Assembly (NCBI GenBank): GCA_022143435.1
Contig: GCA_022143435.1_3941.1
Length of the DNA: 64,000 nucleotides
Direction: 5' to 3' (one strand)
DNA from: a phage
Below, one piece after another: positions 20,372-37,730 of this stretch. Each line of letters begins with the position of its first letter. Within the stretch, counting starts at the first letter, position 1. The position numbers were made by a program, and so were the translations under genes. A model generated the notes under the pieces. The model did no database searches and had not been told where the DNA came from. It was given only the letters and a program-made list of their open reading frames with translations.

Positions 20372-21559
20372 TTAAGCTGTTCTCTGCCATACATACAGTA
20401 CGAAGGATGGCTGCTCAATGTTGAAAGCTTGTCCACCACCAACACTGTTAGTATTCCCGCTATGTGTATGCTCAGAAGAAGAAACTGTCACAGTACCATT
20501 GTGCGTATGTGAACCAATACCAACCGTATGACTGTGAGCACCGATACCTACAGAGTGAGAATGGTCACCAGTTGTGTTAGTAGTAACACTGAAAGAGTGA
20601 GTGTGTGCACCAGCTACTTCACAGACAGCATCTGCTGAGTACCATGATTGGTCATTTCTTGTAGACCAAACCATTGCAGGTCTTTCCGATAGGCCACCAC
20701 CTGCTTCATATGTCAATCTGTGGTTGTGAGCACCAGCAGAACTTGTTGACCCACTACCAACATGGTTATGGTTACCAGTCGTGTTAGTGGTTTTAGTTCC
20801 ATAGTCAAAAGAGTTAGTAGTCTTAGTTCCATAATCAAAAGCTGAAATTGACACCGTTGCATTATGAGTATGACCACCACCACTAAGAGACACAGAGTGA
20901 GAGTGTTGAGGCATGTTATTAACTGACAAAGTGACAGTTGAAGCACCAAATACAGAACCTGCTGGTCTTGTGTCAGAGTCATAACCAACCAATGCTCTAC
21001 CCTTTGAAACTAACTCCCAAGTACCTCCACAAATTAAATATGTAGAAGGGTTTGCAGAGTTCATGGAAAGATGGATAGTACCTACTGGATAGGAAGCCTG
21101 AACAGCCTTGTACAAGTTATTTACTGCTCTTGCTGTAGCATACTTATCTGCATCTTCGTTATAAAGGTTAGATGTTGTCCAGTTCTGAACATTACTCAAT
21201 CCTACCTGTGCCTTAGTTGTATTATGTGGGTTGCTCTTGTCCTGAATATGCTGTTGAACAAGATTATTAACCTCTTCTGAAGACATAATCTGTAGATTTG
21301 CTCTTGCCTGAGCTACATTAGTAACGTCTGATAAGTTATTTGCAGCAACTAACTGAAGAGCATTGATAACGTTATCTAAACCAATTTGTGTTTTAGTAAC
21401 ACCATGAGGGTTATTTCTTAGGCTTGAGTGTGGAGCAAGTAATTGCTCAAGAGTACATCTCTTATCCTCAATACCCTGCTTAAGATGGAAGATATCACTA
21501 AGGTCAATTGGTAAGGCTGCTTGAGGCAAGGCACTAATTTGAATTTCACCTACCGCCAT
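20372..21559 (-). CDS. tail fibre protein (second, HxH-motif tip)
   Basis: 395 aa; [43 protein letters not shown]; C-terminus parallels the adjacent fibre. Confidence 0.7.
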   Translation of the reverse strand: MAVGEIQISALPQAALPIDLSDIFHLKQGIEDKRCTLEQLLAPHSSLRNNPHGVTKTQIGLDNVINALQLVAANNLSDVTNVAQARANLQIMSSEEVNNLVQQHIQDKSNPHNTTKAQVGLSNVQNWTTSNLYNEDADKYATARAVNNLYKAVQASYPVGTIHLSMNSANPSTYLICGGTWELVSKGRALVGYDSDTRPAGSVFGASTVTLSVNNMPQHSHSVSLSGGGHTHNATVSISAFDYGTKTTNSFDYGTKTTNTTGNHNHVGSGSTSSAGAHNHRLTYEAGGGLSERPAMVWSTRNDQSWYSADAVCEVAGAHTHSFSVTTNTTGDHSHSVGIGAHSHTVGIGSHTHNGTVTVSSSEHTHSGNTNSVGGGQAFNIEQPSFVLYVWQRTA

Positions 21560-21561
21560 TA

Positions 21562-29559
<7,998 letters not shown>

Positions 29560-29560
<1 letters not shown>

Positions 29561-29799
29561 TACATTTTTCCTGCTCTTCTAAGTTCGTTGTAAGCAATTT
29601 CCTCTTTATACGACCTCTGAATCTCAAGAAATTGTCTCAATGATAATAAATCAGAGAATGTCATAGCAAAGAGTTGGTCAAGTGTTTCTTTACACCCTTC
29701 CATACCATAAATAGCAAGCACAAATTTCATCTCGTCTGCTTCTTCATAGGTTGCCTCTACAGCAGCATCAGTTAGTGGTGTCTGTAGAGTGTTACCCAT
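29560..29799 (-). CDS. tail assembly chaperone (putative)
   Basis: Small ORF immediately upstream of tape measure. Confidence 0.4.
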
Positions 29800-29801
29800 G
29801 T

Positions 29802-30200
29802 TTACTGAGAAGTTAGGCTTTTGAAAATGCTTGCTTCGAAAAAACTTCCGAAGTTTGCCTCCAGCGCAAATGCTAAGTAATCAATAAACTCACCGTAGTT
29901 TGCTTGGAAGTACGTATCAATATTAAGTGGGAAGTCGTCAACAGTTGCCCCTTGAAATAATAAGGTAGCCATCTCTTCAAGGTTAATTTCTTCAATTCTG
30001 TCAAAACAAGCTTCAACAAGTTCTTTAAATGGAACCATTGGAGCTTCTTTCTTACCCTTGTCAGTCAGACTTGATAGCATCTGTGCAAAGGTTGGAACAA
30101 CAATTTTACCCAACTTCATAGACATCTTAATACCATCTCTTGCCCCAAGCAGAACGATATTTACTTTCTTACCATTAATTACTCTAGATTCTGTTTTCAT
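29802..30200 (-). CDS. tail assembly chaperone (putative)
   Basis: Small ORF pair upstream of tape measure. Confidence 0.4.
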   Translation of the reverse strand: MKTESRVINGKKVNIVLLGARDGIKMSMKLGKIVVPTFAQMLSSLTDKGKKEAPMVPFKELVEACFDRIEEINLEEMATLLFQGATVDDFPLNIDTYFQANYGEFIDYLAFALEANFGSFFEASIFKSLTSQ

Positions 30201-30273
30201 TGTGATTCCTTAATACTTTTAAAAGAAACAAAAAAGGGGAAGACCTTTTAAAGTCTCCCCCTTATAGGATTTA

Positions 30274-30720
30274 TTAAACACTTGACGCTGGAATTGTAGA
30301 AGTGTAGTCTAGCTTCTCACAACCAAAAATCCAAGTTTTAGAGTTCTGGTCACGACCAAGTTCAATCTGTGGTAATTCCTGCAACCAAGCATTAATACCA
30401 GTTGCCAGAACAGAGCCTGATGGGTCGTAGATTACGAAGTTAGAAGAGATATCTTCTTCAAGTTCCATATTGTCTTGTTTAGCTTGAATTGCAGAAAGCA
30501 TCTGGTTAGAGAGAGAAGTCTGCATTAACTCAATCTCAATAGTACCTGTCTTGTCTGCATTTCTTGTCAGAGCAACTTGACCACCTGCACCAACAACTGG
30601 TGTCACAAGTGGTGATGTTCTCTGTAGACGCAAGAATGAATCTGGGGCAAAGCCTTCAATGGCAATACCATTCCAGCTACATACAACGTCTTTAGGGGAA
30701 TATTGCTGATACATAGCCAT
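30274..30720 (-). CDS. tail tube protein (putative)
   Basis: 148 aa between putative sheath and chaperones. Confidence 0.5.
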   Translation of the reverse strand: MAMYQQYSPKDVVCSWNGIAIEGFAPDSFLRLQRTSPLVTPVVGAGGQVALTRNADKTGTIEIELMQTSLSNQMLSAIQAKQDNMELEEDISSNFVIYDPSGSVLATGINAWLQELPQIELGRDQNSKTWIFGCEKLDYTSTIPASSV

Positions 30721-30735
30721 TCCAATTTACCTCTA

Positions 30736-32088
30736 TTATTCGTAAGCCACTGTACCTTTCAAGTCAACATCCAAGATAGCCCCTGCTAAGACACCTGCGA
30801 AGGTAACATCTTTCAGGATACGTGCTTTCTTGTCTGCTAAAGCAACTTGAGAGGCTTTAGGAACATTAACTGTGTAAGATGACAGGAAGTTTCTGTTGAC
30901 TGCTCTTTGCAGAGAGGTTTCAATGACTTGACGAATACGGGTAATACCAGTATCATCATAAGTAATCTTACCACCCTTCTGGTTAATTAGCAAGTCTCTC
31001 AGAGAAGTTTTCAGGTCTGATTCTAACCAGTCAACACCACGGATGATATCAATCCATTCCCCACCAGAAGTAATCCCTCTACGAACCACTGGAACACCAC
31101 CATCAAGGTCAATAAAGTTACAGTGACGTGCATCTAAAGCAGACTTCTGAATACTTGTCAGAGGTCTCTGATTAGATGGTTGTAGAGAAGCTGCTACGCC
31201 AGTTAGCTGAGCATTACCCCAAGCAATTGACCCTGCATCATATGGAGCACCATAAGCAATGTATGCCATCTCTGGATAATCTTCTGTTGCTGCGTGATGC
31301 CACAAGCAAACTGTGCGAGTATACATACCCTTAGCAAGCTGTGCTGGAACATCGTTTGCACTGGCTAACTCTGTACCTTGCAGTGCTGTTACATCGGAGT
31401 TAGCTGTAAAGAAGATTTTCTTACGAGCCTGAATCTCAGAAGCCATTGCTAAGACAAACTGTTGAGTTCTGTCTTCTGCTGCAATGAAATACCAGTCAGT
31501 AGAATAAGCTTCAATAGCTGCCAGAGCAGTTGATGCTGTATCGGCAGTTGTACTTGCAATATACACAGTCTGTGCTGTGGTTGTTACTTTCACAAAGTCA
31601 TTATCACCAGCTTTGGTAATAATCATTGTGGCAGAGCCATTGCTACCAGTTACATTCACAGAAACCTTATCTTTGATTGTTGGGTCAGCTTCAATCTGTG
31701 TTTTAAACTGTTGCAACACTACCTCAGCAGTGTCTGAATCTTGTGCTGTGTACTGGTATGGTTGAGAAATTCCACCGCCAGCAGCTACAGTAATTGAGTA
31801 GTCTGTACTTTCGGTAACGGCATCAGGAATTGATACAGTGTACTGCATAGCACGTCTACCAATATAAAGCTGAGTTACTTTAGGAGTTTGACTCCAAAGT
31901 TGTTTAGCAGCCTTATATGCAGCAGTAGTCTCATCGAAATCTTCAGCAACTTCAGTTAAGGAAGTGTAGCCACGTACTCTTTCTTCAAAGTTATCTGTTG
32001 AAGCTAAGAATAGTGGTAAACCAAAACCTTCTCTTGTAGTTCCTGCGGTGTTCAATGTAATATCTACATTAACAATTGGATTCCACAT
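30736..32088 (-). CDS. tail sheath protein (putative)
   Basis: 450 aa; canonical sheath-tube-chaperone-tape-measure order. Confidence 0.55.
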   Translation of the reverse strand: MWNPIVNVDITLNTAGTTREGFGLPLFLASTDNFEERVRGYTSLTEVAEDFDETTAAYKAAKQLWSQTPKVTQLYIGRRAMQYTVSIPDAVTESTDYSITVAAGGGISQPYQYTAQDSDTAEVVLQQFKTQIEADPTIKDKVSVNVTGSNGSATMIITKAGDNDFVKVTTTAQTVYIASTTADTASTALAAIEAYSTDWYFIAAEDRTQQFVLAMASEIQARKKIFFTANSDVTALQGTELASANDVPAQLAKGMYTRTVCLWHHAATEDYPEMAYIAYGAPYDAGSIAWGNAQLTGVAASLQPSNQRPLTSIQKSALDARHCNFIDLDGGVPVVRRGITSGGEWIDIIRGVDWLESDLKTSLRDLLINQKGGKITYDDTGITRIRQVIETSLQRAVNRNFLSSYTVNVPKASQVALADKKARILKDVTFAGVLAGAILDVDLKGTVAYE

Positions 32089-32688
32089 TTATTTTACCCC
32101 TTTGGAGTCTACATCTAGATGGATAGTATATTCTGGTGGCTCTTGTCCTTCTTCATAAACCAACTCACCATCAACAATGACACGCTCAATAATACTTCCA
32201 CGTTCATCTTTCAGGACTGAATTTTTTACAAGAGTTACAACAAGAGGCGCAGAATTTTCGAAATCTGTATTGAGATAAGTGTAATCATTTGGGATTGCTC
32301 CAGTATCTAAAACTGTTGCCCCTGTTTCTTCAAGGATTAAATCTCTGATTGAACTCATCTCTAATCGTTGTTTAAGCTCAAGCATAATACTGTGAGCACC
32401 TTTACCATTCACCGTAATTAATACTGGAATCTGAAAAGCAATTCTGTAGCAAACTACATCATCCTCAACAAACTTATCAAGAACCCAACCATAAGGTGTT
32501 GCAGCATCTTGACAATATACGGTAATAAATGGCTGGTCAGGTTTTAAACCTTTGTCATTTGAGTTATCAGAAGGGTAAGCTCTAATTACATTTGGTCTAT
32601 TATTCTTATCACGAGCTAGTCTGTGACCAATAACATCCACTAAGGTTCTAACTAGACCTTTTTCAAGTTCTGCTGTTTCTAACTGCAT
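32089..32688 (-). CDS. head-tail joining/tail completion protein
   Basis: Synteny. Confidence 0.4.
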   Translation of the reverse strand: MQLETAELEKGLVRTLVDVIGHRLARDKNNRPNVIRAYPSDNSNDKGLKPDQPFITVYCQDAATPYGWVLDKFVEDDVVCYRIAFQIPVLITVNGKGAHSIMLELKQRLEMSSIRDLILEETGATVLDTGAIPNDYTYLNTDFENSAPLVVTLVKNSVLKDERGSIIERVIVDGELVYEEGQEPPEYTIHLDVDSKGVK

Positions 32689-33064
32689 TCATTTTATCCC
32701 TTCTAATAATGATATATTCATAATGGGATGTATGGGCTAATTGCTGTGACCAATCCATAGTCATAAATACTTCATACTCATGACCATCAATCATAACAAT
32801 GTCAGACTCATTCCACTCTACATCGTCTGAAGTTCTAAGTTTATATGTAGTGTACAGGATTCTTGTATCGGTCAGTCTAATACCTTCCGGTAAAGCAATC
32901 TGTGTACCGTTCTTTACAGAACCTTTGATATATGGCTGGATATTACCTTTACAGTTAACTTCTACAATATCTTGTGAAGCTACCCAATCACCATCATCAT
33001 TATAATAACCGTCTTCAGAGACTTTACGCTTTACTACAAAGCTGTGTCTGTTTAAGAGCCTCAT
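32663..33064 (-). CDS. head-tail joining protein
   Basis: Synteny. Confidence 0.4.
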   Translation of the reverse strand: MRLLNRHSFVVKRKVSEDGYYNDDGDWVASQDIVEVNCKGNIQPYIKGSVKNGTQIALPEGIRLTDTRILYTTYKLRTSDDVEWNESDIVMIDGHEYEVFMTMDWSQQLAHTSHYEYIIIRRDKMNAVRNSRT

Positions 33065-33543
33065 TTTTTAATACCCTTCTTAGTAGAAATTTTATAAGCA
33101 AGGTTATCCCTTAAGTCACCTGTCTCAACAAGAGGTGCATTAAAGCCTTTTTTCTTGACTGTGGAAGGTGCGTTAGGAGGGAGAATAGCAGAATTACCAA
33201 AACCTCTTTTAATTGCCTTTTGAGCATTCTTTGCAAATGCTTCTAAGGTATCTGAAGGGTCTGTGTTGAGACTGCTAAGTTGCTTATATAGATTCTTCTT
33301 AGCCTGCTCTAACAAGGTCTGTCTGTTTAGCATCATAGTGATTTCAAACAACCTACGATATACTTTACCAGAAGCTGAAGGAACCCCAATAACTTCTTGT
33401 AAATACATTAAAGCAGGATAAGAAAAACCAGAGCTATGTTGACCTTGTTCTTGAAAATACCCAACTTGAGCATTAGCCGTCTGCAAGTTCTTCATAGCCC
33501 CGACTAATTTTGCTCTAGCGGGGTGAATAACCCTTTTAACCAT
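33061..33543 (-). CDS. head-tail joining protein
   Basis: Synteny. Confidence 0.4.
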   Translation of the reverse strand: MVKRVIHPARAKLVGAMKNLQTANAQVGYFQEQGQHSSGFSYPALMYLQEVIGVPSASGKVYRRLFEITMMLNRQTLLEQAKKNLYKQLSSLNTDPSDTLEAFAKNAQKAIKRGFGNSAILPPNAPSTVKKKGFNAPLVETGDLRDNLAYKISTKKGIKK

Positions 33544-33992
33544 TATTCATCTCGCTCGATAATAAATACGCCATTAACACGGTTGCAGTAATCTCTGCCT
33601 TCGTATCTGGCAGCATCACCATATTCTGTGTATTTCTTGACAGAGCAAGGATTTTGACGACGCATGTCAATATCACACTGATTAATACCACCTGCATAGG
33701 GTAGTCCTGAAACAGAGCTTTTAACAAGGTCGTCATAAACAGCTTTCAGAGACTTGAATCTGGAAGAGTTACGTAAATAAACACCACCAACCTTCTCATC
33801 TCCCATCTTGGCTACTTGAAAGAGTAAATATTTAAGAGCTTTGATGGCTGCTTTCTTTTCATCCTTTCCAGATTCTAGATAGAACCACTCTAGCACAGAC
33901 TGTTCAATAAGAATTTCATCGTTATTGGTGTCTGTGCAGAGGATTCTTACTCTATCAAGAGGGTTATTGGCTGGGTCGCCTGTATAACACAT
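33543..33992 (-). CDS. head completion/connector protein
   Basis: Synteny. Confidence 0.4.
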   Translation of the reverse strand: MCYTGDPANNPLDRVRILCTDTNNDEILIEQSVLEWFYLESGKDEKKAAIKALKYLLFQVAKMGDEKVGGVYLRNSSRFKSLKAVYDDLVKSSVSGLPYAGGINQCDIDMRRQNPCSVKKYTEYGDAARYEGRDYCNRVNGVFIIERDE

Positions 33993-34013
33993 TCATAACC
34001 CTCCTTAAGAATA

Positions 34014-35117
34014 TTAGCCTTGAGCGTCAGCGCGAACATCTACCAGCAACTGAGGACGAGTACAGTATGGCAGCATGTAAGAGTGAGCTTCAAAGTCAAT
34101 ACCTTCGTCACGGTCTTTTTCGTATTCGAATACGTACAGTTCCTGACCAAGTGTATTTGCGTAACCCATCTTAGGACATGGACCATAAGCCACTTCGAAG
34201 ATGTTGTTTGCTTCACCAAGCATAGAAACGTTAGGGAAAGCGTGTCCTACACCAACCTCTGCACCAGCACCATCAATGCTCACCAGAGTATGAACCTTAC
34301 CACGCTTGTCTTTGAACTTACCGTTGTACTGGACAAACTTAACACCACCGTAGTAGAAGGTGTTCATGTGAGCCTGAACTCCATCAGTACCACCAGTTCT
34401 CAGAGAACCAGTAATCTGTTGCCAAGCCAGTGGGGTCTGCTGTGCAAGATAAGCGTCACGAATCTTAGGATGCTTAACCAGTTTGCTGAAGAATACACGG
34501 TCAACAACTACGTGAATTTCTTCACCGTTGATTACAGTGCCAGTCTTAGCTTCGTCTTCCATGTGCATACGCAGTTCTTCAATAGAAGCGTCGATGTCAG
34601 CATTAGGGTTGTCAAGGTCGAAGTAAACAGTTTTCTTCTCAACGTCGAACTGCTTGTACAGGTCAGCATACAGAGTACCACGAGCATCAACAACTTTACC
34701 CTTCAGAGCTTGCATAAACAGGAACTCACGAGTAATATCGAACTTGGTACGAATCTTCATCAGCTTCTTGGCACGTACTACAGCTTCAGTAGTCAGTTCG
34801 TTTGCAGTGCCTGGCTGACGTACACCCTGAATCTCATCAGGAGTAATGCTTTCAACTTCTTTGAAGTACATCATTGGGAAGCTGATTTGACGAACACGCT
34901 CAGGTGCGCTAGTCTCTGCTTTACGGCTATCACGGTCTACCGCATCAAGCAAGCTAACATCCCAATCAGTCAAGTCCATAAGGAAAGTAGTTTGGGTGAT
35001 TGGTGCTGAACGGAATAGACCTAAGTTGGAAATATACCCATAAGTATTTGGGATAGACTGGACTTCACCAGTCAGGTCAGCAAGGAAAAATCTGCTTTTT
35101 TCAGAATTAGTCAACAT
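34014..35117 (-). CDS. major capsid protein (HK97 fold, lambda gpE-like arrangement)
   Basis: 367 aa following protease and a small decoration-like gene. Confidence 0.7.
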   Translation of the reverse strand: MLTNSEKSRFFLADLTGEVQSIPNTYGYISNLGLFRSAPITQTTFLMDLTDWDVSLLDAVDRDSRKAETSAPERVRQISFPMMYFKEVESITPDEIQGVRQPGTANELTTEAVVRAKKLMKIRTKFDITREFLFMQALKGKVVDARGTLYADLYKQFDVEKKTVYFDLDNPNADIDASIEELRMHMEDEAKTGTVINGEEIHVVVDRVFFSKLVKHPKIRDAYLAQQTPLAWQQITGSLRTGGTDGVQAHMNTFYYGGVKFVQYNGKFKDKRGKVHTLVSIDGAGAEVGVGHAFPNVSMLGEANNIFEVAYGPCPKMGYANTLGQELYVFEYEKDRDEGIDFEAHSYMLPYCTRPQLLVDVRADAQG

Positions 35118-35150
35118 TGTAAAATTCTCCAGAATGTCTTATTATTGTTA

Positions 35151-35528
35151 TTACAGGCCAGTTGGTACGAAATCAATACCTTTAGCAGCCAGAGCTGTCT
35201 TGACTGCATCAGCATCAACACCTGATTCAAGAGTAAGCAGGTCTTTTAGTTCTGCGTCACGGTAAATACCAACAACTTTCAACTGACCGTGGTAAGACAG
35301 TTGTAGGTCTGCGTAAAAGTTAACGATACATACAGAATCAGCCTGAGCTTCTTCCCCTGCTGCAACTTTAGTACCATCTGCTTTCAGGACTTCACCTACA
35401 CGGTATTCTGTTGAAGCAACTGGGGTGTACTCTTTACGAGAGTGGCCTGTTGGGGTAACCTGTTCCCAAAGAATGATATCATTCAGAGGTTCTCTTTTAC
35501 CTAACTTAGTAAAACCTTGATATGCCAT
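35151..35528 (-). CDS. head decoration-like protein
   Basis: 125 aa between protease/scaffold and capsid genes (gpD-like position). Confidence 0.4.
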   Translation of the reverse strand: MAYQGFTKLGKREPLNDIILWEQVTPTGHSRKEYTPVASTEYRVGEVLKADGTKVAAGEEAQADSVCIVNFYADLQLSYHGQLKVVGIYRDAELKDLLTLESGVDADAVKTALAAKGIDFVPTGL

Positions 35529-35539
35529 TATTGTGTTCC

Positions 35540-36886
35540 TTATTTGATAAGAGATTTTAGAGCATTCTGGAGAGCCAGTTTGCGTTGTTCAGCGGTGTCT
35601 TCGGAAGCATTCTTAGCTGGTTCTTTTTCTTCTTCAACCAAATCAGCTTCGCCGTCATTACCCATTTCTTCCATAGCGTTGGAGTGTTCAAGAACAGCAC
35701 CAGCAGTTTCTTTCAGCTTGGTAATTTCTGATTCTTTTTCTTCCATTGCGGAAGCATGGGACGCGATAGTTTCATTAAGTTTCTGGTTAGCACCTTCCAT
35801 AGCATTCATAAACAGAACACTCAGAGGGTTATCAAGACCAGCACCTAAAATAGTCGTTGCAGCTTCTTTTGCATCAAATCCAAAAGCTTCAGCAGAAGCA
35901 GAAATCTTATTAGTCAAATCTGACAAAGCAGCTTCCTGTTCTTTAGCTTTCATTTGAGCAACCTGAAGACGCAAAGCTTCTAGTTCTTGCTTTTCTTGTT
36001 CAGTCATTTCTTCACCTGAATTGTTAACGTTTAAACTTACAGGAGCCTCTTCAGAACCTTGTAAGTAATTTAAGAAATCATCTTGAGACATGATTGAGTT
36101 AATTAAACCAAGTTCAAGAGCTTCCTGAGCAGAATAAACATTCGCCTCAGTATTCTTTACAGCTTCTTCAGAGAGATTACGAGATTCGGCTACAAAACCT
36201 GTAAAGGTTGCGTAGGTATCATTAATTCTCTTTTGAAGTCTTTCTTTGCTTTCTTCTGAGAGTGCTTGGAATGGTGAACCCATACCTTTAAACTCACCAG
36301 CTTTGATGACGTTAATTGTTACGCCATTCTTTTCAAATGCCTTAGTTAATTCCTGATGAACCATGATTACACCAATAGAACCAACATCTGCATCTGGTGA
36401 TGCAATAATTTCTTCAGCAGAAGATGCAAGAGCGTATGCAGCGGAACAAGCGAACTCATCTACATAAGCAATAATTTTCTTTTGGCCTCTTGAAGCCATA
36501 ATGTGACGTGCTAATTCAAAGCAACCTGAAGCTTCACCACCACCAGAATCGATGTGCAGAACAATAGTCTTGATTGACTCATCTGCTAAAGCTTCGTCAA
36601 AGCCTCTACGCAAACCTTCATAAGAACTTAATCCACCTGTACACATTGCATCAATGAATGTCATACGATGGGTTAAACCACCCATAATAGGAATAATAGC
36701 AATGTCATCTTTCACTTTTAAAAGACTTCTTGCTTCACCTTTGGGTTTATCAAAGTTTACTGCTGCTTGGACATCACCCAGCAATCTGTTATTCACATAA
36801 GTTGCTGCTGAGTGAGCTAATGATTCAGTGGCTAGTAAAGGTTGGTTGAATAATCTATCAGCAAGTCTGAAGATATTCGAACTCAT
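35540..36886 (-). CDS. prohead protease (ClpP/SppA S49 family) with C-terminal scaffold-like domain
   Basis: Motifs IAIIPIMGGL, LHIDSGGGEASG; Glu/Ala/Lys-rich coiled-coil C-terminus. Confidence 0.75.
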   Translation of the reverse strand: MSSNIFRLADRLFNQPLLATESLAHSAATYVNNRLLGDVQAAVNFDKPKGEARSLLKVKDDIAIIPIMGGLTHRMTFIDAMCTGGLSSYEGLRRGFDEALADESIKTIVLHIDSGGGEASGCFELARHIMASRGQKKIIAYVDEFACSAAYALASSAEEIIASPDADVGSIGVIMVHQELTKAFEKNGVTINVIKAGEFKGMGSPFQALSEESKERLQKRINDTYATFTGFVAESRNLSEEAVKNTEANVYSAQEALELGLINSIMSQDDFLNYLQGSEEAPVSLNVNNSGEEMTEQEKQELEALRLQVAQMKAKEQEAALSDLTNKISASAEAFGFDAKEAATTILGAGLDNPLSVLFMNAMEGANQKLNETIASHASAMEEKESEITKLKETAGAVLEHSNAMEEMGNDGEADLVEEEKEPAKNASEDTAEQRKLALQNALKSLIK

Positions 36887-36897
36887 TTTTACTCACC

Positions 36898-37230
36898 CTA
36901 TTTGTTTAAATCTACAGAGACTGAAGAGATAACATAGATACCTTCTTCAGCAAAGAATTGAGGTTTGCTAAGAGCACCAGTTGCCACGCATTTATCGTTA
37001 GCATCCCACAAGCTATAGTGTGAGACCGTTGCAGAAGCTGGAACAGTAATGTTAACTGTGTCTTCTGAGGCAATTAAGCCATTATCCGGTTCAGAAAAAT
37101 AAATAGCCACTGGCTGAGTAACCTTATTTGCTGTAGGGTCTGCCGTTGGGTCTACATTGTGTAAAATAATAGTCGTTGGGGTTAGCGTGGCGAGGATTTT
37201 ATTCTTACCATCAATAGTTAATGTTCCCAT
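36898..37230 (-). CDS. hypothetical head-module protein
   Basis: 110-aa ORF. Confidence 0.4.
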   Translation of the reverse strand: MGTLTIDGKNKILATLTPTTIILHNVDPTADPTANKVTQPVAIYFSEPDNGLIASEDTVNITVPASATVSHYSLWDANDKCVATGALSKPQFFAEEGIYVISSVSVDLNK

Positions 37231-37730
37231 TAATTAAACCTTACTTTTTGTTTAAGGACTGTTGAATGGTTACCAGATTCATCTACCACATTTACAATCA
37301 TATCATATACTTTGCCTTTGACAAGTACTTTGTAATCATTTTGTGAAAAAATGTATTCAAGTCTGTTTGTTTCTTTATTAACTGTCATTGGAGATTGAAA
37401 TGCAGTGTCGAGGGTAATGAAAGCGGCTTCAATGCTATTAACATTGATACGTTTATTCTCGCAGTTATATAACTTTACACCCAAAAGGCATGAACTGTCA
37501 AATGGAATTTTAACAATTTCACTACAATTTCCTAAAATAAACGGTTTTCCACTCATTGGTGCATCAAGTAACCTGCAAATAGTGAAAACGTCAGAGGTTC
37601 CACCATCACTTACATAACCTGAAAGGCTGACCCTTGAGCCAGCCTCTACAGATAATTTGTCAGTGATAATAAGAACACCTCTATACGAATGCACTCGTGT
37701 AGCATTTGAAATAGAGATAACTTCAGCCAT
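37230..37730 (-). CDS. hypothetical head-module protein
   Basis: 166-aa ORF. Confidence 0.4.
   Translation of the reverse strand: MAEVISISNATRVHSYRGVLIITDKLSVEAGSRVSLSGYVSDGGTSDVFTICRLLDAPMSGKPFILGNCSEIVKIPFDSSCLLGVKLYNCENKRINVNSIEAAFITLDTAFQSPMTVNKETNRLEYIFSQNDYKVLVKGKVYDMIVNVVDESGNHSTVLKQKVRFN

Noticed and set aside
34020-35009. 329-aa plus-strand ORF
   Set aside because: Lies entirely antisense to the major capsid gene inside a uniformly minus-strand operon, with no RBS; treated as a spurious antisense frame. The same applies to other antisense track ORFs such as 890-1261, 2783-3037, 5398-5646, 6897-7286, 22120-22644 and 35517-35957.
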